IMG/VR virus record: IMGVR_UViG_3300034062_005355
Strand: one strand, 5' to 3'
From: a virus
Lineage: Duplodnaviria > Caudoviricetes
Length of the DNA: 64,000 nt
Positions 47,751 through 56,072 of this stretch are shown here, in pieces. The notes under the pieces are model-generated. The model saw only the letters and a list, made by a program, of their open reading frames with translations. It was not told the DNA's origin and did no database searches. Position numbers and translations under genes: made by a program. Position 1 is the first letter of the stretch; each line of letters begins with the position of its first letter.

Positions 47751-48845
47751 TTAATTTGATAATGGTGCTTTAATTGATGGGTGCGATTGATAATCATTTA
47801 AATAAAAATCTTCAAATACTAATTTATCCCAGTTACCACTATTAGGTTGTAATGATGATGGTAATGTTATGGTTGGTAATGAATATGATTCTCTTGTTAT
47901 TTGTTCTTTAGCTTGCTCAACATGATTTGAATATAAATGAGTATCACCTAAGTTACCAATCAATTCATCAGGTACCATATTAACTTCTTTAGCAATGATT
48001 TCAAGTAATAATCCATAAGAAGCAATGTTGAATGGTAAACCTAAAAATGTATCTACTGAACGCTGATTCCACATTAAAGAGATTGCTCTGGTTGGAGTAT
48101 TAGTATAGTCTAGGTATTTCTTTATAATGTCTCTATCATCTCTTTTAATAGCTTCATCAATATCCATATCAATATCTATATTACATAACTTAAGCCTCTC
48201 TTCCATACTCAACTCTCTTGTAAAAAATTGAAAATCAGTATGACAAGGAGGAAGAACCATTTGGTCTAATTCACCAACGTTCCAAGCATTAACTCTATTA
48301 CGTCTTGAATCTGGGTCTGTTTTAAGTAGATTGATTGAGTTTGCGATTTGGTCTATTTCATTCCAATCATTATAAGAATTATAATCAGCCCCGTCTGTAG
48401 TGTAATTACACTCCCACTTTCTCCATTGCTTACCATAAATTGGACCTAAATCACCCCACTTTTTAGCAAACTCATTATCGATTTCGATTCGTTCTATAAA
48501 ACTTTCTTTATTGAGATATTCAAATCCCTCTAATCCGTTTTCCTTATGAGATTGAATTATAGATTTTTCATAATTCTTATAAGCATCACCATTCCAAATA
48601 TTACAACCATTATCAACTAAGTACTTAATATTTGTATCACCTCTCAAAAACCATAACAATTCCGTTACTATTGATTTAAAATGTAATTTTTTAGTTGTAA
48701 GTAAAGGAAATCCTGTTTTCATATCGTGACGGATTTGTCTACCGAATACTGAAATGGTTCCAGTTCCTGTACGATCCATTTTACGGGTACCATTATCTAA
48801 AATGTCCTGTAATAAATCTGTGTATCGTTTATCTAAATTATTCAT
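47751..48845 (-). CDS. thyA: Thymidylate synthase
   Basis: DRTGTGT, ELLWFL, LGPIYGKQWR, LPPCH, QRSVD...FN, DTHLY. Confidence 0.97.
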   Translation of the reverse strand: MNNLDKRYTDLLQDILDNGTRKMDRTGTGTISVFGRQIRHDMKTGFPLLTTKKLHFKSIVTELLWFLRGDTNIKYLVDNGCNIWNGDAYKNYEKSIIQSHKENGLEGFEYLNKESFIERIEIDNEFAKKWGDLGPIYGKQWRKWECNYTTDGADYNSYNDWNEIDQIANSINLLKTDPDSRRNRVNAWNVGELDQMVLPPCHTDFQFFTRELSMEERLKLCNIDIDMDIDEAIKRDDRDIIKKYLDYTNTPTRAISLMWNQRSVDTFLGLPFNIASYGLLLEIIAKEVNMVPDELIGNLGDTHLYSNHVEQAKEQITRESYSLPTITLPSSLQPNSGNWDKLVFEDFYLNDYQSHPSIKAPLSN

Positions 48846-49044
48846 ATCTTAATTTTATTTTATCGTAATCGGTATCATACCACTCACCATTCTCTTGTTT
48901 ATGTTCTCTGATAAGTTGTGCTAATAGGATTTCGCACAACCCTACTTCTGAACAGTCTCCTTTATCCCAACCCATCCAATTTTGTTTTGTTATTGGGTCT
49001 TCCATATTTAATAGTGATTCTATTTGGTCTCTTCTTTTATTCAT
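48838..49044 (-). CDS. Hypothetical protein
   Basis: 8-nt ATGAATAA overlaps at both ends. Confidence 0.7.
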   Translation of the reverse strand: MNKRRDQIESLLNMEDPITKQNWMGWDKGDCSEVGLCEILLAQLIREHKQENGEWYDTDYDKIKLRYE

Positions 49045-49381
49045 AACTTTCTAATTTAGTATCGTTGTATGTTATTGTGATTAGTTTTCGTGGATATAGT
49101 GTTGTACTTCCTTTGAGTACTGGGTTGGTTTGATCTACTTGTTCCAATGTTGTTCGTTCTTCAATCTTTAATCCCCACCTTTCAGAAAACTCTGTATCGG
49201 TTTTACATTTGTTGATGAATTCTTCTTGTGTATGATGAATATAATTTGGATAACCTGAGTTAAATTCTAGTCCATTTGATTTGAAATGTTTTTCTCTTTC
49301 CGAGAAAGTAATAGAACCTATTAATGCTTTTGTGTAATTCACATAAACCTCATCCAATAATTCTTGTTGTTCTTTATTCAT
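49037..49381 (-). CDS. MNKEQQELLD paralog 1
   Basis: Shared FSERWGLKIEER and KLITITYND. Confidence 0.85.
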   Translation of the reverse strand: MNKEQQELLDEVYVNYTKALIGSITFSEREKHFKSNGLEFNSGYPNYIHHTQEEFINKCKTDTEFSERWGLKIEERTTLEQVDQTNPVLKGSTTLYPRKLITITYNDTKLESYE

Positions 49382-49584
49382 AACTTTCTATTGTTAGTTG
49401 TTTCTGGTATTTTATTAATAAATGACTTCATTATATTTGGTATAGTATTTGTTTCATCGTATATCACATCATACTCACCATTATTAGACATTATCTTTAC
49501 AAATTCGTCAGATTCTTCTTTTGTTTTTTTTGCGGGAGTTCCATCCATATTAGTAACCCCACAAAATATAATCGGTTTATTCAT
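49378..49584 (-). CDS. Hypothetical protein
   Basis: Between paralogs, coupled overlaps. Confidence 0.7.
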   Translation of the reverse strand: MNKPIIFCGVTNMDGTPAKKTKEESDEFVKIMSNNGEYDVIYDETNTIPNIMKSFINKIPETTNNRKL

Positions 49585-49930
49585 AACTTTCTATTGTTTT
49601 ATCGTTGTATGTTATTGTGATTAGTTTGGTTGGGATATTCCATTTATCATAATCTTCGTGTGTACATAGATTATCACCAATCCATTTATAGTTTAATATA
49701 CCATCATTTGTTTCTTTAGGGTGTCTTTTAATATATTCATCACATCTTTCATCTCTGCTCAACTCTCGTTCCTCAATCTTTAATCCCCACCTTTCAGAGA
49801 ACTCTGTATCGGTTTTACACTTGTTGATGAATTCTTCTTTTTTAAGAGATTCTACTTGAGTAGACATTCCGGCAACGATTGAATAATTTTTATATGCCTC
49901 ATCCAATAATTCTTGTTGTTCTTTATTCAT
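49577..49930 (-). CDS. MNKEQQELLD paralog 2
   Basis: As paralog 1. Confidence 0.85.
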   Translation of the reverse strand: MNKEQQELLDEAYKNYSIVAGMSTQVESLKKEEFINKCKTDTEFSERWGLKIEERELSRDERCDEYIKRHPKETNDGILNYKWIGDNLCTHEDYDKWNIPTKLITITYNDKTIESYE

Positions 49931-50285
49931 AACTTTCTATTGTTTTATCGTTGTATGTTATTGTGATTAGTTTGGTTGGTACATTGTGTTTGTCGCACAT
50001 ATAATTAGCAAAATCAAATTCTTCCATATTAGGTGTTAGGTCGGCTATCTTCCATCTTTCCATCATATCTAACTCTCGTTCCTCAATCTTTAACCCCCAC
50101 TTTTCAGAGAATGTTTTATCGTAAGTACATAAATCAACAAACATTTCTTTGTTGGGTTTTCGGTAGGTTGATTTACCATCCAGTCGTTTAACTAAAAGAC
50201 ACATCCCAATAGAATTATCTTTTTCATATTCCTTTGAATAATTCTCATAAGCAACATCCAATAATTCTTCTTGTTCTTTATTCAT
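49923..50285 (-). CDS. MNKEQEELLD paralog 3
   Basis: Start re-called at 50285. Confidence 0.85.
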   Translation of the reverse strand: MNKEQEELLDVAYENYSKEYEKDNSIGMCLLVKRLDGKSTYRKPNKEMFVDLCTYDKTFSEKWGLKIEERELDMMERWKIADLTPNMEEFDFANYMCDKHNVPTKLITITYNDKTIESYE

Positions 50286-50287
50286 AA

Positions 50288-50662
50288 TTAATCTTTTGTA
50301 TCTGTTATTTCGTAATGTAATAACGCAAACCATAAGTTCTGCAACTGGTGGACGTACTTTATATCAAATGAAATTGGATATTTTATCCCATCATCTTTTG
50401 GGTTAGCACTATCTGTATATTCTTGATAGAAAGACCAGTTTTTAGCCCAATCCCTATATCTGAAACAGAACTTATAATCGTATATTCCTCTACACCAATA
50501 TTCACCATCTATATAAAATCTAAATTTGGTAAACCATTCATCAGTTAGTGGTATACCTTTAATATGGGATAAATCTGATTCCATACTTACACCTTTAATT
50601 TCAAGTATACCACCTAAATTATCAAATACATAATTCCCAATTCTTAATTCTGTTGATTTCAT
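50288..50662 (-). CDS. Phage protein of MKxxELRIGN type
   Basis: ELRIGNYV, IPLTDEW, IKYVHQLQNL. Confidence 0.8.
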   Translation of the reverse strand: MKSTELRIGNYVFDNLGGILEIKGVSMESDLSHIKGIPLTDEWFTKFRFYIDGEYWCRGIYDYKFCFRYRDWAKNWSFYQEYTDSANPKDDGIKYPISFDIKYVHQLQNLWFALLHYEITDTKD

Positions 50663-50683
50663 GTTATTCTTTATTCATTTTTA

Positions 50684-50750
50684 ATTATGTTTATGCCACA
50701 CCCATTGGTTGCATATACGATATGAATATCGGGTATGCGATAGTTATATT
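50684..50750 (-). mobile_element. attC-like site, family 2, copy B
   Basis: 63 bp identical to 6518-6580; ends GTTATATT. Confidence 0.65.
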
Positions 50751-50764
50751 CAATATCAAAAATT

Positions 50765-51121
50765 TTATGGTTTTATAGAAATTGAATTAAACCACTTGAG
50801 TTCAGATGTTAATTCATTCAACTTACCTTCGTATTTAACTATTTTATTTTCGTTCAATGGTTCGGATATTTTATAACCACCATCAATCTTTATATGTTTA
50901 GTTTCTTTTTGATTTAGTTTGGAATGAATATTACCAATCCTCTCATTTATTGATTTAACATTCATATCAATAACCCATCTAACATCATCTATATTATGTT
51001 TAGATAATTCTTCAACAACTCCATTCCATTTAGTAATGAGTTTTGTTTCTAAATCAAAAACTAAACCACGTTGTCCGCCAAGACAACCATCTTCTTCAAA
51101 CCATTCAATTTCTTTTTTCAT
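50765..51121 (-). CDS. Cassette-borne hypothetical protein
   Basis: Flanked by GTTATATT (50743) / AATATAAC (51144). Confidence 0.8.
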   Translation of the reverse strand: MKKEIEWFEEDGCLGGQRGLVFDLETKLITKWNGVVEELSKHNIDDVRWVIDMNVKSINERIGNIHSKLNQKETKHIKIDGGYKISEPLNENKIVKYEGKLNELTSELKWFNSISIKP

Positions 51122-51143
51122 ATGTATAAATTTTTTGATACTA

Positions 51144-51201
51144 AATATAACAAATGATAAACAACATTAAAACGATTGTTTATCATCGGACGTTATGTGT
51201 A
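51144..51201 (-). mobile_element. attC-like site, family 1, copy B
   Basis: TAAC-aaa-TGATAAACAA...TTGTTTATCA-tcggac-GTTA. Confidence 0.7.
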
Positions 51202-51218
51202 ATAAATTAATTTTTATG

Positions 51219-51512
51219 TTATTTTTGATTTAAAACCATTCTCGAAAGTGATTTACCAATTACACCCCAATTATTCTTAAAAAAATCTTCACCTTCTGGA
51301 GAGTTGTTCCAAAACATAAACCCATCACTCTTTTCAATCTCTTTCATTATATTAAGTGATTTTTCAACAGTTATTTCATCTGTTCGTAGTTCCAAAGGAA
51401 CATTTCTACCAATTTGTACCACACCATTTTTATCTTTATAAGTGTATCCAACCAAACCCATTGGTAAATCACAAAAAACTAAGTTCTTAAAATAAATTTC
51501 TCTTGTTGTCAT
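51219..51512 (-). CDS. Cassette-borne hypothetical protein
   Basis: Flanked by GTTATGTGTA (51192) / TACACATAAC (51550); own promoter 51526-51533. Confidence 0.8.
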   Translation of the reverse strand: MTTREIYFKNLVFCDLPMGLVGYTYKDKNGVVQIGRNVPLELRTDEITVEKSLNIMKEIEKSDGFMFWNNSPEGEDFFKNNWGVIGKSLSRMVLNQK

Positions 51513-51549
51513 AATATTTTTTTTTCAAAGGTATAAAAATTAATTTACA

Positions 51550-51589
51550 TACACATAACAAATGATAAACAACATTAAAACGATTGTTT
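51550..51589 (-). mobile_element. attC-like site, family 1, truncated copy C
   Basis: 34 bp (51556-51589) identical to copy B, then breaks off at the next gene's stop. Confidence 0.65.
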
Positions 51590-51591
51590 CT

Positions 51592-51897
51592 TTATTCATT
51601 TTCTAATCCATCGTTAAGTGTGGCGTCCCAATCTGAAAATTCTTTCATCTCATCTTCAGTATATTCATAAGCACCATCAGGACCAATTTGAAAGTCATCA
51701 GATACATATGGTGTAAAAACCTCGTCATATTCACCTTTAATATGTTCGTTAACTGTTGCATCTGCATACCCTGCCGCTTTTAATAAGCCTTTTAAAGCAT
51801 CACAAAGTTCTCCTAAACTCACATCGCATGATAATTCTGCTGTGAACTTTCTACCATAATGTGATATTGTTACTATTGTTTGTTCTGGTTTAATCAT
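51592..51897 (-). CDS. Hypothetical protein
   Basis: DDFQIGPDGAYE motif. Confidence 0.75.
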   Translation of the reverse strand: MIKPEQTIVTISHYGRKFTAELSCDVSLGELCDALKGLLKAAGYADATVNEHIKGEYDEVFTPYVSDDFQIGPDGAYEYTEDEMKEFSDWDATLNDGLENE

Positions 51898-51919
51898 TTG
51901 TTACCTCCGTATTCTCGTT

Positions 51920-52186
51920 TTATACATAATAAGTGTATGGTGTATATTCATATTCATTCCCTATATGTTCACACATTCCATGTCCCATATACTCTGACAT
52001 CAAATATGATTCAGCATCTGAGTATGTTTTATGTGATATTCTTTTAGATTCTACCTCTTTCTGAACAATCTCAATCCATTCACCCCAAAAATTCTTTTTT
52101 TGGATAATATATTCAACTTCAGATCTCCCGTTATCATTTTTTAATTCATTAACACAATGAATTATTTCCACTATTCTAAATTTCAT
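51920..52186 (-). CDS. Hypothetical protein
   Basis: MKFRIVE...YIIQKK..WGEW type. Confidence 0.75.
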   Translation of the reverse strand: MKFRIVEIIHCVNELKNDNGRSEVEYIIQKKNFWGEWIEIVQKEVESKRISHKTYSDAESYLMSEYMGHGMCEHIGNEYEYTPYTYYV

Positions 52187-52551
52187 ATTTTTTTTATTGT
52201 TTTTCCATGAGGAACTGGTTGACCATTTTCATCAATACTAACAAATACCATTTTATCTATTTTTAATATTTCATTTTTGGTATCTTTTATTCTGGCGACA
52301 ACCTCTAAAATAACCGAAGTTCTACCAAATGAAACCACATCAACACCAATTTCAATAATATCGTTAAGATATGCTGGTTTCATAAAGTTAATTTCCGATA
52401 CCAATTTGGTAACAATTTTATTTGTTTCTAACTGACACATGGTATAGATTGATGCTTCTTCGTCAATCCATTTTAATAATTGTCCGCCAAACAAAGACCC
52501 ACCTGAATTGAGGTCTTCATATTTTATTAATTTCCTTGTTTTAAAGTTCAT
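52183..52551 (-). CDS. Acyl-CoA thioesterase (hotdog fold)
   Basis: DLNSGGSLFGGQLLKWIDE, FGRTS, FVSIDENGQP. Confidence 0.92.
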   Translation of the reverse strand: MNFKTRKLIKYEDLNSGGSLFGGQLLKWIDEEASIYTMCQLETNKIVTKLVSEINFMKPAYLNDIIEIGVDVVSFGRTSVILEVVARIKDTKNEILKIDKMVFVSIDENGQPVPHGKTIKKI

Positions 52552-52561
52552 AATTCCATAA

Positions 52562-52762
52562 TTAATATTCTTTTTGTATCATAAATCCGTAGGTCCATCT
52601 CAACCAAGCAAATTGTAAACCAAATGCTGGTGTTGTTACACCTGTCTCTAAGAAAGTGTGTTTATCATACCAAATACTAATACAAGGTATAAACCAAATT
52701 CTACCTTTAAAAGATATGAAACTATTCTGTGCTATAAACCAATTTTTCATTATTTTTTGCAA
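52562..52762 (-). CDS. Hypothetical protein
   Basis: ORF track. Confidence 0.65.
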   Translation of the reverse strand: MQKIMKNWFIAQNSFISFKGRIWFIPCISIWYDKHTFLETGVTTPAFGLQFAWLRWTYGFMIQKEY

Positions 52763-52904
52763 TTTTTAATGCTATATCATATATGTCAGCTCGACTACCA
52801 TTATGTTCTTTGGATAAAGAGTTAACTATTTCAAATACTTTAATTGTTAATCCCAATTTATGAGCTTCAATTAATGTTTCTTCTACTAATTCTTCGTTTG
52901 TCAT
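52722..52904 (-). CDS. Hypothetical protein
   Basis: ORF track. Confidence 0.65.
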   Translation of the reverse strand: MTNEELVEETLIEAHKLGLTIKVFEIVNSLSKEHNGSRADIYDIALKIAKNNEKLVYSTE

Positions 52905-53104
52905 GATTTTTTCTTTATATTATTCCATTCCTCAATAATGTAAGTTATGTTATCGGATAAATAGTCCATCTTTGATAACCAATCTAATACTTCTTTACAC
53001 CCCAATTCATACGACTCTTCCATAGATTTTATCACACCATCTTTATCTAACATAAAGTTGTTACTTATGTTCTTTTCATAGATTTCTTGTAGTTTCTTTT
53101 CCAT
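52901..53104 (-). CDS. Hypothetical protein
   Basis: ORF track. Confidence 0.7.
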   Translation of the reverse strand: MEKKLQEIYEKNISNNFMLDKDGVIKSMEESYELGCKEVLDWLSKMDYLSDNITYIIEEWNNIKKKS

Positions 53105-53106
53105 GG

Positions 53107-54177
53107 TTAAAGTTTTTTAAATTCAGGTTTAAGTATATTCCATATTATTTTGTCGTATGGTTTTCCATCCCACATTGCAAACATAACACTACGAAGGTTT
53201 GGATGTGAGTGTTTCATTACATGCTCCGCATACTCTTTCTTTGTTGGTTCCACTTCTCTATCAGTATATTTTCCATAACGGAAATAATAGTGAGATTTAC
53301 CACATTGTTCCGAGATTTGATAGTGAGCATACTTTAATTCATTCGCATAATTCTTTATTTTTTGATAAAATTCATCAGGAACATCTTTTAATAATTCATT
53401 TACATTATCACCATTTAACAACATTTCCCATATACCAGTTGTGGATATGTTTGTCATTATTCTATGGAGACGTATGTATTCTTCACCTTTGATTTTCATT
53501 CGGTCTCCATTTGAGAAACGAACAACAAATCCTTCGGCATTATTATCGACTAAAGATTTCAATGATGTATAATCTTTAATTCCATCATATCTTTTAACGA
53601 TATTTATACCAATGTTATTCAATAGATTTTTGAACCTAATATCATCACTATTATCTGAATGTATATTAACCTCATAACCACTTTTGGTGTGTATCATTCC
53701 AAGTAAAATCAAATCCTCAAAATCGTATCTACACACTATTCTGTTCTCAGAATAAATTATCTCAAAGAGATAAGTGTAGCCAGGATGTAATTTATTATAG
53801 TCATATTTTTCAAGTAATTTACGACCTTTTATAGATTGTTCTGATGTAAATGAACCGCGAGTTGAAAGTATCCATTCACCTTCGTAGTTGAATAGTACCC
53901 CCAAAGAACCATCCATTTTCTCATGAACCTCAAACTCTGTAGTTGGAGTGTGTTTATCCTCCTCGATATTAAAGAATTTTTTAAATGGTCTTGCAACCAC
54001 ATTACCATCATTATCTGTTACCAATCCACGACATTGGGTGGTTATATCATCCCAAAGGTTAGAATATTGCGTATTAGGAGTATAATTCCATATGGTTAAT
54101 GGTAATGTCGGATGTGTTTGTTTATATAACAAACCATCCTCATAATACTGATTCAATGTTAGTAAAAATTCATTCAT
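53107..54177 (-). CDS. T4 Rnl1-like RNA ligase
   Basis: CRGLV, RPFKKFFN, EKMDGS, LFEII, EGFVV, KIK; promoter 54182-54189. Confidence 0.9.
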   Translation of the reverse strand: MNEFLLTLNQYYEDGLLYKQTHPTLPLTIWNYTPNTQYSNLWDDITTQCRGLVTDNDGNVVARPFKKFFNIEEDKHTPTTEFEVHEKMDGSLGVLFNYEGEWILSTRGSFTSEQSIKGRKLLEKYDYNKLHPGYTYLFEIIYSENRIVCRYDFEDLILLGMIHTKSGYEVNIHSDNSDDIRFKNLLNNIGINIVKRYDGIKDYTSLKSLVDNNAEGFVVRFSNGDRMKIKGEEYIRLHRIMTNISTTGIWEMLLNGDNVNELLKDVPDEFYQKIKNYANELKYAHYQISEQCGKSHYYFRYGKYTDREVEPTKKEYAEHVMKHSHPNLRSVMFAMWDGKPYDKIIWNILKPEFKKL

Positions 54178-54248
54178 AACACAAAGATAGTAATTTTTTT
54201 GAAATAAAAAAATCCCCACCGATTAAGATGAGGATTTTTTTACATTTT

Positions 54249-54467
54249 TTACTTAATGATTAACATGTTTGTGTTTGAAATAGGAACCCTCATGACAGGA
54301 ATTGCTGAAATAGCATTTTCATCCATTTTTTGCATGATTTCATAATGGGCTACATTAACTTTGACTGTTGATACGTTATCAAAAGTTTCTAATACGGTTG
54401 AAGATCCTCTTGGTCCATCTAATAGTTGAACTTGTTTTGTTGTTGTGTTGAATGTAAGTGTTTGCAT
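54249..54467 (-). CDS. Hypothetical protein
   Basis: ORF track. Confidence 0.75.
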   Translation of the reverse strand: MQTLTFNTTTKQVQLLDGPRGSSTVLETFDNVSTVKVNVAHYEIMQKMDENAISAIPVMRVPISNTNMLIIK

Positions 54468-54474
54468 ATGTTTT

Positions 54475-54873
54475 TTATTTTATTTTTATTTCGAATCTAT
54501 CATTCATTTGTTGGAGTTTTTCATCTGGTACTCCGTGTTGATTCACTCCACCATGTCGGTTTTCCACAATAATACTGAAAACCTGATATTCCCACTCTTT
54601 CGCCATATCCATATATGGTTTCATTTCCCATTCTTGGGTGAATGTGTTTGATACAATAATTGTTTCAAAGTCGTTAAAATTCATCCAATGTTCAACAACA
54701 TCCTGACACCAGTTATGGGCATCTTTTATTTTTGAACCATCAAATTTATATTCACCATCTTTTACGAAAAACATATCCGATTCAATATGTCCTGTTGATT
54801 CATTTGATATTGATTTGGCAAATGTTGATTTTCCTGATCCTGGTAATCCTCTCAATAAGATTAATTTTTTCAT
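54475..54873 (-). CDS. P-loop kinase (AAA_33, polynucleotide-kinase-like)
   Basis: LRGLPGSGKST, IVSNTFT, HGVP. Confidence 0.85.
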   Translation of the reverse strand: MKKLILLRGLPGSGKSTFAKSISNESTGHIESDMFFVKDGEYKFDGSKIKDAHNWCQDVVEHWMNFNDFETIIVSNTFTQEWEMKPYMDMAKEWEYQVFSIIVENRHGGVNQHGVPDEKLQQMNDRFEIKIK

Positions 54874-54916
54874 ATTATTCGTTTAATTCCTGAAAAATAT
54901 AGGTCTTTTATTTTAA

Positions 54917-55111
54917 TTAGACAAATAATTTTTCATATTCTTTTCTACCCTGACACTTTGTTTTTTCTTTAACATCCCAAAGATTTGTCCCACCACCTTC
55001 AGTCATATGACAATTGTGAGATTTGTTTGTTTTTTTTGAGAAATTAATAATCGTATTATTATGGTTATTTTTAATAACCCAAGGACACTCTTTACAAGGT
55101 TTCTTATTCAT
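54917..55111 (-). CDS. Small Cys/His-rich protein
   Basis: PCKECPW, HNCH. Confidence 0.7.
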   Translation of the reverse strand: MNKKPCKECPWVIKNNHNNTIINFSKKTNKSHNCHMTEGGGTNLWDVKEKTKCQGRKEYEKLFV

Positions 55112-55625
55112 AACACAAATCTAACACTTTTTCCTCAAACCACAAAGGTTTTTCTCTACCTTTCCAAACAGCAAATCCTGATTTTGCTCCCATATAATAA
55201 TTCCTATATGATTGAACAATTGATTTTACTTTAAATTCGTCAGGCATTGCCTTTGCCGGTTCAGTAAAACCAATATCAGGTATGTTTGGTTTATTAACCA
55301 AACACCATTCAATAACATCTTGAGATTTATGTCGTTTACCGTATCGGTAGGTATATTCATTACACAACTCCAAACCTAATTCACATAAATAAAGATAGTT
55401 GGATAAACTCTCACGAGCCCAAATAGAACATGGATGGTTTTTGTGTGATAACTTGTACGGTACATGTGCGGTATCATGTGCGGTATCATGTGCGGTATCA
55501 TGTGCGGTTACATGATGAACACCGCATAAAAGTTGTGCAGTTTCCAATATCATTTTAACAACATGTTTATCAACATGATATTGAGCACACTTTTTTACAT
55601 CATAATCGAGGAAAAATATATTCAT
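55104..55625 (-). CDS. Pyrimidine-dimer DNA glycosylase family (DenV-like)
   Basis: MNIFFLD...DKHVVKMILETAQLL, HKNHP, YTYRYGKRH. Confidence 0.8.
   Translation of the reverse strand: MNIFFLDYDVKKCAQYHVDKHVVKMILETAQLLCGVHHVTAHDTAHDTAHDTAHVPYKLSHKNHPCSIWARESLSNYLYLCELGLELCNEYTYRYGKRHKSQDVIEWCLVNKPNIPDIGFTEPAKAMPDEFKVKSIVQSYRNYYMGAKSGFAVWKGREKPLWFEEKVLDLCYE
55463..55510 (-). repeat. In-frame 12-bp tandem repeat (HDTA units)
   Basis: catgtgcggtat x3 plus a variant unit. Confidence 0.9.
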
Positions 55626-55641
55626 ACGCCAAAGGTACGAA

Positions 55642-55896
55642 TTATTCTGTAATTAAAAAAATTGGATTTTGTTCACCAGCATAAAGACCCAAAATATTGT
55701 AGTCATAAAACTCTTCGGATTCAGACCATGTCATTCCGTCTCGTTCACATAAAATAGTTAAAATTTTATGTTTTGAATATAAAATTCTTGGTCCATTACC
55801 AAATTCTTCAACAACTCCAAGTATTGCTTCATCTAATCCATCAAGTTTGATGGCTCCTTCAGCTATTTCATCAATGTCGTAATCTTCAATATTCAT
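55642..55896 (-). CDS. Conserved phage hypothetical protein
   Basis: DGLDEAILGV...EFYDYNILGLYAGEQNPIF. Confidence 0.8.
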   Translation of the reverse strand: MNIEDYDIDEIAEGAIKLDGLDEAILGVVEEFGNGPRILYSKHKILTILCERDGMTWSESEEFYDYNILGLYAGEQNPIFLITE

Positions 55897-56072
55897 TTTA
55901 TATTTTTAAAGTGATAAGAAAAAACAGAAGAGTCCAAAGTTCGGCGAAAGTAAAGTACCAAGATACTATCAAAAAAATGAGAACTCTCCATGTTTGATAT
56001 AATTATAAATCTAAGTTTTATGATAGTCAAACAAAAATTGAGTTTTTGTAGGTATTTATAAATAAAAAAATT

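Noticed and set aside
55463-55510. Phase variation by tandem repeat in the DenV-like gene
   Set aside because: The 12-bp unit keeps the frame; likely a neutral loop expansion.
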